DNA from: Nitrospirota bacterium
GTDB taxonomy: Bacteria; Nitrospirota; UBA9217
NCBI GenBank assembly: GCA_963751455.1
Contig: CAVVUN010000012.1
Location: 96,001 to 160,000, forward strand
DNA: 64,000 nt
Reading direction: 5' to 3'
This document shows, piece by piece, positions 19,076 through 29,556 of this stretch. The notes beneath the pieces are model-generated. The model was not told where the DNA came from and did not search any database. It was given only the letters and a program-made list of their open reading frames with translations. The first letter of the stretch is position 1, and each line of letters starts with the position of its first letter. Position numbers and translations under genes: made by a program.

Positions 19076-19103
19076 AACCCCGGGCTGGGGGACCCCGGGG
19101 TTT
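19076..19103 (-). terminator. Terminator downstream of the cold-shock gene
   Basis: AACCCCGGG...CCCGGGGTT stem with a T-rich tail on the minus strand. Confidence 0.7.
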
Positions 19104-19146
19104 CTATCGCTTATCGATTCTAACCGGCTCAGCAGCCGGAGAAAGT

Positions 19147-19353
19147 CTAGGATGATTTGGTAACGTTGGCAGCCTGCGGCCCTTTTTCTCCCTGCGTAAT
19201 TTCGAATTCCACCATCTGACCCTCGGAAAGGGTCTTATATCCCTCCCCCTGGATTGCCGAATAATGGACAAACACGTCTCTACCTCCGCCATCCGGCTCG
19301 ATAAATCCGTATCCCTTCGATTCATTGAACCACTTTACTTTCCCGGTAGACAT
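19147..19353 (-). CDS. csp: Cold-shock protein (CspA family)
   Basis: [29 protein letters not shown]. Confidence 0.97.
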   Translation of the reverse strand: MSTGKVKWFNESKGYGFIEPDGGGRDVFVHYSAIQGEGYKTLSEGQMVEFEITQGEKGPQAANVTKSS

Positions 19354-19581
19354 AATTCTTACTCCCTCCTTGCTGGTTTCCGCAGTCTTCGGGTGTCAGC
19401 CGTTCTGTCCTGTCACCTCGTTGCGGAAAACGAATTCACTGCAAAGGGAAAGAGACGGATTCCCCCCCACGCCCTTTTCCCCGGACGATATTGTTTGCTG
19501 AATATGATGAAATGGAGGATGGGAAGACATAGGAAAGATAAGACAGAGTTCGGATGGATCTATATGTCGCAGGACCTCTTT

Positions 19582-20517
19582 TTAGTTGAGATAGCGAACG
19601 GGATTCACGGGCAGGCCGTTCACCCGCACCTCGTAATGAAGATGAGGACCGGTACTGGAACCGGAGTCTCCGATGTAGCAGATAACATCACCGCGCTTCA
19701 CCCGCTGCCCGGCTTTTACGTTCAGGCGCGAATTGTGAGCAAAAAGCGTTTTGAGTCCATATCCATGGCTGATCTCAACCATGTTTCCGTAGCCCGTAGA
19801 GAAACCTGCCTTGACGACCACGCCGTCCGCCGGGGATACCACGGGAGTTCCCGTTTGAGCGGCAATGTCCATGCCTTCATGAAACTTCAGAATGCCGCTG
19901 AACGGCGAGGTCCTGTTTCCGAAGTGCGAGGTGACCCATCCGCGTACCGGCCAGCTCGAGGGAGTGGAGGCGTAAAGCGAACGCTTGTCTTCAAAATATT
20001 CAATCAGCATCTGGAGACTGGCTTCCTGTTTCGATGCAGCGCCTTTCAGCTGCGTCAACTCCTGATGCATTTCCTTGAGCGCTTCCGCCTGCTTCTTTTC
20101 GCCCATTGTTGCCAGGTTATGAAGCCCAAGTTCATCCGGTCCGCCGATGCCGAGCAGCTGCTGGGCTTTATCCCGGGGACCGAGACTCACGACCCGGCGC
20201 AATTTTGTATCGAGATCGCGCAGCAGGAACATTTGACGTTTATAATCAATGAGGTTGAGCGCAAAATTCTGGACCTGAGCTTTCTGCTGCATGAGCTCCT
20301 CGCGCATGGACTGGAGTTCCCAGACTTTGGCTTTTACATCGTTGTATTCGTAAATCAGATAAAGAGAGAGAACAAACACTGCGGCAATAGAGATAAAAAC
20401 CGATTTGATGACTGATTTAGATATACTGAGGGTCCTGACCCGCGCATTGGGGCCGGGCAGGAACATAAAGGTAAAATATTCTTTTGTCTTAAGGTTCCTT
20501 GAATTCTTCCCCCGCAT
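19582..20517 (-). CDS. M23-family metallopeptidase
   Basis: TM plus coiled coil; HEGMD and STGPHLHYEV. Confidence 0.93.
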   Translation of the reverse strand: MRGKNSRNLKTKEYFTFMFLPGPNARVRTLSISKSVIKSVFISIAAVFVLSLYLIYEYNDVKAKVWELQSMREELMQQKAQVQNFALNLIDYKRQMFLLRDLDTKLRRVVSLGPRDKAQQLLGIGGPDELGLHNLATMGEKKQAEALKEMHQELTQLKGAASKQEASLQMLIEYFEDKRSLYASTPSSWPVRGWVTSHFGNRTSPFSGILKFHEGMDIAAQTGTPVVSPADGVVVKAGFSTGYGNMVEISHGYGLKTLFAHNSRLNVKAGQRVKRGDVICYIGDSGSSTGPHLHYEVRVNGLPVNPVRYLN

Positions 20518-20665
20518 GATACCTCCAGGAGCGGTTACGACCTGATACAGGTTATCATAAAGTATTAGCTATTGTCAAGATTATAAAAAAATTTGTTTGA
20601 TTTAATCATTTTTATAATCAATGACTTACCCGATATTTGGCCAAAAAAAAGAGGAAAAACCACAA

Positions 20666-21337
20666 TCAGGTAAAATTTTCAAGCGGACAAGCCCGGCAAA
20701 CGGGCCTCGATTTTTTGCAGTGCTCCTTGGCTGCTTTGACGAGCAAGGCATGAAATTCGTTATAGAGCCTGCTTTGACGGGGCAGGTTATCCATGAACAG
20801 CTTCTGAACGGATTCGTACGGCGCGGTCTCATTGATGAGGCCGTGCCTGCCCAGTATCCGCCTGGTATAGGCGTCAACCACGAAAAAAGGCTTTCCCCCG
20901 GCGTACAAGAGTATTGAATCAGCGGTCTCGGGGCCGATCCCGTTTACCTCAAGCAGTTTCTTCCGAAGTTCATCGGATTTGACGGAAAACATTTTTTTGA
21001 GGCTTCCCCTGTATTGAACACGAATAAAATCAACCAGGTTCCTGAGCCGCTTTGCCTTTACATTGTGATAGCCGCTCGGCCGGATAAGCGACGACAGCCG
21101 CCGGACCGTAATACGCTCGATTCCGGCAAGCGTCAGGACGCGGCCTGACCTCAGGTTCGTGATCGCTTTTTCAACATTGGTCCATGCCGTATTCTGCGTA
21201 AGCACCGCGCCTGTCATGATCTCGAAAACCGTCTTCCCGGGCCACCAATGCTGCGGGCCCCAGGCCGAGTAGAGTGCTGTATAGATTTGGTTCAGCCGTT
21301 TGCTTATTTCAGGGCTCGCCATTGAATTACGATGCAT
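20666..21337 (-). CDS. Endonuclease III-like HhH-GPD protein
   Basis: GAVLTQNTAW, GIGPETADSILLY, C-terminal Cys cluster. Confidence 0.9.
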   Translation of the reverse strand: MHRNSMASPEISKRLNQIYTALYSAWGPQHWWPGKTVFEIMTGAVLTQNTAWTNVEKAITNLRSGRVLTLAGIERITVRRLSSLIRPSGYHNVKAKRLRNLVDFIRVQYRGSLKKMFSVKSDELRKKLLEVNGIGPETADSILLYAGGKPFFVVDAYTRRILGRHGLINETAPYESVQKLFMDNLPRQSRLYNEFHALLVKAAKEHCKKSRPVCRACPLENFT

Positions 21338-21399
21338 ATTCTGGATCCATGATCAAGGATGCGAGTCGGAATTTATCAAGAGCCGGGCATCCATTGCTT

Positions 21400-21717
21400 C
21401 TATCCTTTCGTGCTCTCCCTAACCCACTCCAGGTACTCCTGCGAACCGCCGATGACGGGAAGCGCCAGTATTTCGGGAACCGAATAGGAGTGAACGGCTT
21501 TTACCCGCGTGATGAGCCTTTCCAGGAGGGCCTGCCTGCTTTTGCAGATAAGAAGAGTTTCCCCGGCCTCCTGGGTCTTTCCCTCCCAGAAGAAAAGAGA
21601 ACGGATTTCAGGCACTATATTGACGCAGGCTGCGAGACGCTCGTTAACAAGCATCTCCGCTATCTTTGCAGCCTCTTCCCGGGAACTTGCGGTTATAAGA
21701 ACGATGATTGCGTCCAT
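21400..21717 (-). CDS. cutA: Divalent-cation tolerance protein CutA
   Basis: LVNERLAACVNI, HSYSVPEI. Confidence 0.95.
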   Translation of the reverse strand: MDAIIVLITASSREEAAKIAEMLVNERLAACVNIVPEIRSLFFWEGKTQEAGETLLICKSRQALLERLITRVKAVHSYSVPEILALPVIGGSQEYLEWVRESTKG

Positions 21718-21859
21718 TTCTCTCCTCCCAGCACTTGAAACGAAAGGGGTGGGGCAAGAGGCGGAAGGGAAAAGATAAAACCAGCCCGTATTCGTCTTTC
21801 ACCTTCAGGGCTCTTCTCCCCGCAGGCCTTACGGAATTAAAAGAGGCTGACCTGATTTC

Positions 21860-23893
21860 CTAAAATTTCAAAGCGCCGAGCCCTTTCAGTTCAAGGGTCA
21901 TCATAAACTGCGTCTCTCCTGGTTTGGTAACGTACATTACCCCCAATCCCCAGCATTGCGACCCGTAATGAAGCTTATATTCCTGTTGCGTGGTCTTATT
22001 CTCCACAACGTCCCGCCAGAATTGACCATCGACGTCCCAGTTGCCTATCTTGGTGCCTGCGCCCGCGATCAGGAACCTGGTCCTCGGCGTGTGCAGGTAT
22101 TGTCGGGTAAGGTTGAACCGTGCCGTGTCGCCGTTCACGTTCACGCTCTCCGAAGAGGACGTAAAAGCATCGGCGTAAGTATCATAATTGTGGATGCTCG
22201 ACAGCGTAAGCATTTTCGGGGTCTTGACGAAAAGTTCTCCCCTGACTTCGGACCGCGGCCTTAAGGCGGTTTCCTCCTCCCGGGCCTGTTTCAAATCGTA
22301 CGACTGGGAAAGCCTGAAAACGACCAGGTCGAAGCTCCTGAAACCCGCGGCGTCTTTGTAGCGCGCGGTCAAACGGTTTATGACTGACGCAGTAACCAGG
22401 TTCTGCTCAGCCACTGCATCCGGCCAGACCTGCGGAATGTTGGTTTGCTCTACGCGCGGTATGTAGCTGTATGAGACCGCAGGCTCTATCGAGTGGCGGA
22501 TCCGGCCGACCCCGGCCTCGACATCATTCCCGTAAATACGGGATAAACGGGCATTGAGATCGGCGCCCGCGTAATAGTACCTCCGCTGGGTAGGCTCCGA
22601 AGAATCCTCGCTCCGGCCGTAAAATGTCGTGCGCGCCCCGAGGCGGGGCGTCAGGGTCAGCCCGCTTCTGCCGAACGCTGCGGAGATTCTGGGATTAAAG
22701 TCGGCGCGCATCAGATTATCACCCTTCTCGACCGTTAAATTCGTCGCCGACCCGTCAAAATTAACATGGACAGGCCCAGCTATTCTTTCTTCGAAAATAT
22801 TATACCGCAGCTCCGGCATCTTCTGGACCGTATTTTCATTCGTATCCGCGTACAGATCAATTGCATACTGGCCGATAAGATAGAGGGAAGCAGTATCCCA
22901 TCGCTCTACATAGAAAAGATTGGAATCAATATATGGTTTTGACCTCAGTTCCAGCTTTCTCTCGAGATCCGTGAAATACTCGAAATCGCTCACCAGGTTG
23001 ATATCAGCCCTGACCGAAAGATCCTCGGCCATTTCCTCGCTGTGACGATACGAGAGCAGCCAGCGCGCGTCCGGCTTCTGCGGCGATCGGTACTGATCGA
23101 ATGTGCTGAAATAATTATAATACAGAAGCCCCATTGAATCGCGGGAATTGACATAGCGGTATTCGAGCCCGTTTCCGAGACCGTGCCGTGCACGATAATC
23201 GGAGTAATACGTCATGTCCTTGGAGTCCGATATGGCCCAGAAAAGAGAATTTTTCAGGAGGAATCCTTCACTGCTGCTGTAGCCGAATTCCGGAATCAGG
23301 AGACCGCTCTGTCTTCGGACCGGAAAAAGAAAGTACGGCGTGTAAAAGACCGGTATTCCGCTCATGTTGAACGAGACCCCGGTTCCGGTTGCGTACCGGT
23401 CCATGTCGACATCGATTTCGTCCGCCTTGAGATACCAGTCTCCTTCGTCGCATGTAGTGAACGTGCCGTTCTCGATATGATAGACGTTTTCAGATTTTCG
23501 CTCGATCTTTTCGCCTCTCAGGTGCAGGTTGTCCTTTTGCATGAAGAGGTCTCCGTTATAGATGAAACCCGCCTTCGTGTTGATATTGATCTGCAGCTTG
23601 TCGGCGCGAACGACATCGCCCTTCTCCTGAAGGTACACGTTCCCCTCGGCTAACGCCTCACCGGTCTTATTATTCAGAACGATCCTGTCCGCCTGGATCT
23701 TGCTGCCCTCCTGCTCGACACGTACATGGCCGACCGCAACGTACATATCATTGCCGCGGTCATAGTCAAGTTTGTCCGCATTGACCGTGACCGGGACTTT
23801 CTTGGACGGCTCTTCGGCCAGCGCGCAATCGAACAAGGCCGCTACGCCGGTCAGGAACACCACGGTCAGTATGAATAGTGAGCTGCGCTTCAT
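21860..23893 (-). CDS. lptD: LPS-assembly protein LptD
   Basis: OstA-like N-terminus, FTTCD, RQSGLLIP, QCWGL, terminal Phe. Confidence 0.9.
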   Translation of the reverse strand: MKRSSLFILTVVFLTGVAALFDCALAEEPSKKVPVTVNADKLDYDRGNDMYVAVGHVRVEQEGSKIQADRIVLNNKTGEALAEGNVYLQEKGDVVRADKLQININTKAGFIYNGDLFMQKDNLHLRGEKIERKSENVYHIENGTFTTCDEGDWYLKADEIDVDMDRYATGTGVSFNMSGIPVFYTPYFLFPVRRQSGLLIPEFGYSSSEGFLLKNSLFWAISDSKDMTYYSDYRARHGLGNGLEYRYVNSRDSMGLLYYNYFSTFDQYRSPQKPDARWLLSYRHSEEMAEDLSVRADINLVSDFEYFTDLERKLELRSKPYIDSNLFYVERWDTASLYLIGQYAIDLYADTNENTVQKMPELRYNIFEERIAGPVHVNFDGSATNLTVEKGDNLMRADFNPRISAAFGRSGLTLTPRLGARTTFYGRSEDSSEPTQRRYYYAGADLNARLSRIYGNDVEAGVGRIRHSIEPAVSYSYIPRVEQTNIPQVWPDAVAEQNLVTASVINRLTARYKDAAGFRSFDLVVFRLSQSYDLKQAREEETALRPRSEVRGELFVKTPKMLTLSSIHNYDTYADAFTSSSESVNVNGDTARFNLTRQYLHTPRTRFLIAGAGTKIGNWDVDGQFWRDVVENKTTQQEYKLHYGSQCWGLGVMYVTKPGETQFMMTLELKGLGALKF

Positions 23894-23975
23894 CTCACCT
23901 CTTTTGATTCCGCTTGTACCCGCACTCTCAACAGAGCAGGGTGAATTGCGAACTCCGCATTCCGCATTGCTGTTC

Positions 23976-25316
23976 TTATCCTTTTAATCCCCGCAGCGCC
24001 CCGTTATGAGCCGACTGCCGGACGAGAACGGTCCTGGCGTCGCCAACGACATACAACGACCCGGTAATGAGAACAAGGTCCCCGGCCTCCGCTGCCTGTT
24101 TCGCTTTTGTAATGGCCTCTGCGACTGTTTCCGCTGTTTCAACCGGTTCGGTAAAGGCCCGAACAGCTGCAGCGAGCGAAAGAACATCCATTCCCCTGGC
24201 ATAATCGGGCCTGGTTGCGATAACGCGGTCCGCGAGAGGCACGAGTTCGGATAGTATCCCGCGGAAGTCCTTGTCCCCCAAAATTCCTATAACGAGGATG
24301 AGCTTTCGATACGCGGACTTCATTCTCCGTACCTCAGCTGCCAGCATCCGCGCCGACGCCGGATTATGCGCCCCGTCGAGATACACGTCCGGATTCCGGC
24401 CGACCCGTTCGAGCCGGCCTTCCCATGCGGCCTGCGCAAGACCGTGCCGGATTGCCCGTTCGTCCACGGCGATATTTTCTTTTCTGAGGCATTCAACTGC
24501 GGCGACGGCGAGACAGGCGTTGTCCGCCTGGTACCTGCCGAGCATCGAGATCGACAGCCGCTCGTACTCTGTTCCCATCCCCCGAAAATGGAATGACTGG
24601 CCGTGCCCTGATGAGAGCGGTTCAGGCCGGAAATCGGACGGCAGCCGGTAGAGCGGCGCGTGGCGGGCCGCTGCTTCCTTTTCAATCACGCGAATAACCT
24701 CGGGCTGGACCGCTCCCGATATGACCGGAACATGCTGCTTGATGATGCCCGCCTTCTCGCCGGCAATCAGTTCCAGCGTATCGCCGAGAAATTCAGTGTG
24801 CTCGATGTCGATGTTCGTAATGACGGATACAAGCGGGGTGATCACGTTCGTAGAGTCCAGCCTGCCGCCCATGCCCACTTCGACCACAGCAATGTCCACG
24901 GCCTGCTCCGCGAAGTACATGAAAGCCATGGCCGTGGCAACCTCAAAAAAAGTCGGATTGAGCGGCTCGGCCCCGCATGAAGCGGCACATGCGGACCGCA
25001 CTCTGCACACAAGCTGGACCACCTTCGCTTCTGTTATCGCGATGCCATTGATCCTGATCCGCTCGGTAAAACTGACCAGGTGGGGCGAGGTATACAGCCC
25101 AACGCGATAGCCGGCCGCGCGCAGCATGGAGGCGATAAACGCGGACGTCGAGCCTTTCCCATTCGTGCCGGCGATATGTATTGACCGGAACCTGCGGTGA
25201 GGATTATCCATGACTCCCATCAGCATCTCGCTGTTGGAGAGCCCCAGCTTGATGCCGTGGTGCTGAAGCGCGTACAGATAATCAACTGCTTCACGGTATG
25301 CGGTATCGGATGGCAT
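23976..25316 (-). CDS. folC: Folylpolyglutamate/dihydrofolate synthase
   Basis: HIAGTNGKGS, YTSPHL, EVGMGGRLDSTN, DGAHN. Confidence 0.97.
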   Translation of the reverse strand: MPSDTAYREAVDYLYALQHHGIKLGLSNSEMLMGVMDNPHRRFRSIHIAGTNGKGSTSAFIASMLRAAGYRVGLYTSPHLVSFTERIRINGIAITEAKVVQLVCRVRSACAASCGAEPLNPTFFEVATAMAFMYFAEQAVDIAVVEVGMGGRLDSTNVITPLVSVITNIDIEHTEFLGDTLELIAGEKAGIIKQHVPVISGAVQPEVIRVIEKEAAARHAPLYRLPSDFRPEPLSSGHGQSFHFRGMGTEYERLSISMLGRYQADNACLAVAAVECLRKENIAVDERAIRHGLAQAAWEGRLERVGRNPDVYLDGAHNPASARMLAAEVRRMKSAYRKLILVIGILGDKDFRGILSELVPLADRVIATRPDYARGMDVLSLAAAVRAFTEPVETAETVAEAITKAKQAAEAGDLVLITGSLYVVGDARTVLVRQSAHNGALRGLKG

Positions 25317-25551
25317 GCTGTTCTTGGTCCTGAATTCCGGAGTTTACGCGTCCTGTTCCTGCAAAGAGGGCGGACTGCAGGGAGCTTAATGCAAAACTTG
25401 AATTATCCTGATCTCGAGCGGACAGGCGATTCTTCTGAGAAAAAAAGCCCGTCACACACTTCAACAGGGCTTGGGCGAAGGAGAATGATCTTGAGCACCG
25501 CCATAATCCGTTCGTGGTTAAGAATGCCGAACCACGATTAAAAATATCCGG

Positions 25552-26421
25552 CTAGCGCCCGGCAGGCGCCGCAGCTTCGGCAGACGGTGCGGCTTCCGCA
25601 GCAGGCGCCGATTCGGAAACAGTGCCCGCTTGGGAGGGCGACTGGTCCGCAACTTTTGGAGCGGTCTTCAGTTTCAGAATGAACGGCACCTTCTGCGCGG
25701 CGGAAAGGGAGTTGAGCCGTTTGCGGTCGTACCGTACTTTCCCGACAGCCTCGATGTTTTTTACGAGCGTAATCAGCTCCTGCACGGTCAACTTTCCGGG
25801 CATTTGCCGTGAGGTTTCGGTCAATTTCATCGTTGCGGCAGCGCCCGGCCCGGACATCTGGTCGTTGATTCGTCGTATGGCTTCTTTCAGATCGTCAGTT
25901 ACGATCATGATCGTAAGCGGTTCAACCGGGGTGGCGATACCATCGGGTTTCGCGGCGGTCTGCGTGGGTTGAGCAGCGGCCGCTTGTATTGGTGCTGCAG
26001 CATCGGCAACCGGGTCGGGCGTGACGGTCGGCGCAGATGCGACCGTTGACGCAGGCGGCAGCGATTTTTCGATGCTCTCGATCTCCACGTCGCGGCGCTC
26101 CGGAAACAGGTTCAGGTAAACGAGCGTCAAAGTCGCCACAATTGCCAAAACCCAGAGCGGCCGGTACACCAGTTTCTTCAGCTTGGACATTCCGGTCAGG
26201 CCGTCCTTCATGCCCTGCAGGATGCCCTCGGGCGGTGTAACTGCTTTGAGCATCTCCCGGGTTTCGGCGACCCGTTTAAGGGCCTGGAATTCCGAGGAAC
26301 AGACCGGGCACGATTTCAGATGGCGTTCGATTTTCATTGCCTCGGGTTTGAACACATGCCCCCGCAGATAGTTTCTGAGCGAACTTCTCACTTTCGCACA
26401 TTCGTTTTTTTTCATCAACAC
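25552..26421 (-). CDS. zf-HC2 (anti-sigma-like) membrane protein
   Basis: C...HLKSCPVC motif, one TM helix, Ala/Pro-rich linker. Confidence 0.75.
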   Translation of the reverse strand: MLMKKNECAKVRSSLRNYLRGHVFKPEAMKIERHLKSCPVCSSEFQALKRVAETREMLKAVTPPEGILQGMKDGLTGMSKLKKLVYRPLWVLAIVATLTLVYLNLFPERRDVEIESIEKSLPPASTVASAPTVTPDPVADAAAPIQAAAAQPTQTAAKPDGIATPVEPLTIMIVTDDLKEAIRRINDQMSGPGAAATMKLTETSRQMPGKLTVQELITLVKNIEAVGKVRYDRKRLNSLSAAQKVPFILKLKTAPKVADQSPSQAGTVSESAPAAEAAPSAEAAAPAGR

Positions 26422-26514
26422 ACCTCGAGAACTTTCGGAAGTATTGTGCAGATAATCAACAAAGATTAACGAGGCAACGCCTCCGCTGAAGAACGAGAAT
26501 CTTTAAAAGTATTT

Positions 26515-26632
26515 ATCCGCAGATTTCGTACCCTGCTGTTGCCAAAGCGCGGGCACAAGCAGATGTACGCAGACTTTAAAAGAAGAGATCAGATCTGGTT
26601 TAAATCTGTGAAATCTGCGTAATCTGCGGATA
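26515..26632. repeat. Periodic palindromic element (CGCAGAT / ATCTGCG units)
   Basis: CCGCAGAT..GCAGATGTACGCAGA left; ATCTGTGAAATCTGCGTAATCTGCGGA right. Confidence 0.7.
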
Positions 26633-26680
26633 GTCTGTAGCTTTGCAATTTGAAATTTGATATTTGCAATAGCGAAGCGC

Positions 26681-27484
26681 TTACACTCCTCCCACGCTTA
26701 CCTGCTCAGCGCGGATCGAGGAATCACCGAGAAACCGCTTCCCCATCTTTTCAAAACGAACCGGAGAATCGGTAACGTAGAATTTTCGTATGTGTTCCCC
26801 TTTGCCGTTCGCTCTCCACTTCAGCCTGTCGAGTACGTTGGCAACTTCCATGGCCGTCTCCCTGGCCGAATCTATGAGTGTGACTGCGGACCCTATTGCC
26901 GCGCTGATCACGGACTTGAGAAGCGGATAATGGGTACAGCCGAGCACCAGTGTGTCTATTCCCTTTCCCCGGAGGGAAATAAGGTATTTTTCGGCAACGA
27001 GGGACGCAACATCGTTGTCCGTCCAGCCTTCTTCGGCAAGAGGCACGAAGAGCGGGCAGGCCTGGCTGTGGACCGTTATATCGGGCGCAAGGCGCTTGAT
27101 CGCCTTTTCATACGCACCGCTCCCGATCGTGGCTTCGGTCCCGATAACACCCACAGTGCGCGTCTTCGTGGCGGCAACCGCAGCCCGTGCCCCGGGCTCC
27201 AGCACGCCGATCACCGGCAGGGGAAACTCCTTCTTGACAGCCTCGAGGCTGATTGCGGACGCCGTATTGCAGGCGATCACCAGCATCTTGATCTCCTGTG
27301 CAAGCAGGAAATCCGTGTTCTCGAAGCTGTACCGTGTGACGGTTTCAGGAGACCGTATGCCGTACGGAACACGTGCCGTGTCACCGAGGTATATAATGTT
27401 CTCGACCGGCAGCTCGGCCATGATCTCCTTGAGCACGGTCAGGCCGCCGATGCCTGAATCGAATATGCCGATAGCTTTCTGCAT
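26681..27484 (-). CDS. murI: Glutamate racemase
   Basis: FDSGIGGL, ACNTAS, LGCTHYP. Confidence 0.98.
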   Translation of the reverse strand: MQKAIGIFDSGIGGLTVLKEIMAELPVENIIYLGDTARVPYGIRSPETVTRYSFENTDFLLAQEIKMLVIACNTASAISLEAVKKEFPLPVIGVLEPGARAAVAATKTRTVGVIGTEATIGSGAYEKAIKRLAPDITVHSQACPLFVPLAEEGWTDNDVASLVAEKYLISLRGKGIDTLVLGCTHYPLLKSVISAAIGSAVTLIDSARETAMEVANVLDRLKWRANGKGEHIRKFYVTDSPVRFEKMGKRFLGDSSIRAEQVSVGGV

Positions 27485-27540
27485 GATAAAAAATCCTAAC
27501 CCCGATAATCCGGAACCGAAAGATCGAAGCTAAAAATCGT

Positions 27541-27640
27541 CTCGCGCAAAGCCGCAAAGACGCTAAGAAACCATTTTACGTCTTGGTTTTAGAAACAAAT
27601 GATTTAGCTTTTCTTTGCGGCTTGGCGGCTTAGCGCGAAA
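27541..27640. repeat. Periodic palindromic element (CGCAAAG / CTTTGCG units)
   Basis: CTCGCGCAAAGCCGCAAAGACGCTAAG ... CTTTGCGGCTTGGCGGCTTAGCGCGA; relatives at 39623 and 46353. Confidence 0.75.
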
Positions 27641-27670
27641 TATTCTGCGCTTCTGTATTTTGTCGTCAGT

Positions 27671-28270
27671 CTACTGTTTCACCAGGTCCATTCGTCTAGC
27701 GAACGTCCTCGAAAGGTCGATATGCCCGGCCAGCGTTTGCGCTTCCCTGCCGTCAATCAGAAAACGGACCTGCTTGATTTCTTCGAAATTCTGCGTAAGG
27801 GTGTCGACCATCGCGTAGATCGCCATAAGTTCTTCCAGGCCGGACGCCTGAACGCCGTTCGGAGAGTCCGCCACAAGATCCGCATACGCGGTGCCCGCTT
27901 CGTCAAGGAATAACTCCCTCAGCTTTATCTGGGAAAATACTGGCGACACAGCGGCTCGCGGGCCGCCGAGAACCGTAAGCAGTACATCGCGAGCCTGCGA
28001 CTGAGTGTCCGGCTTTCTCGAAACCGGGACAGGGCCGGAGACGAGCGCGCCTTCGACGGGATAATAAACCATGAAGGAGAGCGGTTCGTCAGCGCCGGCT
28101 GCGAGGCCCGGCGCTTCGGCTTGAACCGACGGCTCGGCAACGGAGGAGACCCTCAGACGCTGCCACGCAAACAGCCCTGCTGCCGATGCGATTGCGAAGA
28201 TGATAATGATCACAAGCAGCAGGTTGTTATTTCCGATCCTTCTATCGATTCTCTCCGACATACCGTTCAA
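27671..28270 (-). CDS. GerMN-domain protein
   Basis: N-terminal TM; IYAMVDTLTQNFEEIKQVRFLIDG...TLAGHIDL. Confidence 0.9.
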   Translation of the reverse strand: MNGMSERIDRRIGNNNLLLVIIIIFAIASAAGLFAWQRLRVSSVAEPSVQAEAPGLAAGADEPLSFMVYYPVEGALVSGPVPVSRKPDTQSQARDVLLTVLGGPRAAVSPVFSQIKLRELFLDEAGTAYADLVADSPNGVQASGLEELMAIYAMVDTLTQNFEEIKQVRFLIDGREAQTLAGHIDLSRTFARRMDLVKQ

Positions 28271-29225
28271 TTCCCTTTGCCACGGCCTCCGCCGTCCTTG
28301 TTCGGTCCTGTTCCATTCCCGCTTCCAGAACGATTGCCGGCGCGTTTATTGCCTTGAGGGCTGCAAGAGGCGCCTGGAGGGGTTCGGATTCATCTTTGCC
28401 GCTGAACTCGCGGGCCAGGATGCGGCCGAGCAGGCCGCTCTCTTTTGCATGGGCCGCCTGCTGCCTGCCCCACAGCATTTCCTCCTGCCGGCTTCCGCTC
28501 TCGAACCCGAGAAAATCACTGTTAGCGCGCTTTGCCGGCTGCTCAGCGGCATCTTCATCCGGATCCTGGATATAGATATGTTCATGCACCCCGGCAGCCA
28601 TATGAATGCTTATGAAAACTTCGGCGCCTTTGGCATTCGCTTCTGCGGCCCGCTCGTCCAGAGAAAGCATTCGATCATTGTCCCTGGTCAGGAGCACGTT
28701 CAGGCGCTGGTTTCTCTGCAGCAACTTTTTAATTGCGTGGGCGACTTCGAGCGTGATTGACTTCTCCTGCCCCCGGGCGGTAATAATGCCCGTGTCTCTG
28801 CCGCCATGGCCCGGGTCGAGCATTATCACTATGGGCTTGTCAGGCTGCGGAACCGGAGCAGCGGCCGCCGCGCCTTTTGCGATATCGAGAACGATGCGGT
28901 CGGGACCGCGCAGCACGAAATCCTTCGCTTCTCCGGCAGCCGGACCGAGCTGGATCAGGATCGTCTTTCTCCCCGCGTCGTCCTTCAGCTCGATTCCGTT
29001 TACAATGCCGTCGTGGATCAGCGGCAGGGAAGAAGCAAGGGCAAAAGGACCGTCATATGCGGAAAGAAAAAGTGTCTTGCCGTCCGGGGTTTTCGTGCGC
29101 ACATAGGGCGCGGCTGCCTCTACTTCGAAAACAATGCGCGTGAATGCGGAATACGAAAAAGACCGGACGCTCTTCACCGTAAGCCCCTTTTCGGCGGTTG
29201 CAGCAACGCCGGGAAGCAGCAGCAT
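28242..29225 (-). CDS. N-acetylmuramoyl-L-alanine amidase (AMIN + Amidase_3)
   Basis: PDRIVLD, LDPGHGG, EK, FISIH, PAIVLE. Confidence 0.88.
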   Translation of the reverse strand: MLLLPGVAATAEKGLTVKSVRSFSYSAFTRIVFEVEAAAPYVRTKTPDGKTLFLSAYDGPFALASSLPLIHDGIVNGIELKDDAGRKTILIQLGPAAGEAKDFVLRGPDRIVLDIAKGAAAAAPVPQPDKPIVIMLDPGHGGRDTGIITARGQEKSITLEVAHAIKKLLQRNQRLNVLLTRDNDRMLSLDERAAEANAKGAEVFISIHMAAGVHEHIYIQDPDEDAAEQPAKRANSDFLGFESGSRQEEMLWGRQQAAHAKESGLLGRILAREFSGKDESEPLQAPLAALKAINAPAIVLEAGMEQDRTRTAEAVAKGIERYVGENR

Positions 29226-29556
29226 GGCGAAAGTATCAGTTTTAACAGACTACGCATTTAAGTGGTCATACTAACATATCAAGACTTTTTGCGCAAGAAA
29301 AAGGCCGCAAATTCCTCAAAAAAAACCGGCCAATACAGGAAAAATGGTGTGTGCAGGCGCTCATTATCATGTAGTCATCTTTAGGAACGGAAGATTGATT
29401 GGTAGCCGCAGGCTTTATCCTGCGAAAATCGTTTTAAAAGAGCTTGTCGGATTCATTGTTGTAAAAATATCTCCTTGATTCTTACTCTCGAATATGGGAG
29501 ATGAATCAAGGGAATTATTTGCTTTCGCCGGCCCGGCTGTGTTAATCTGGCGACCG

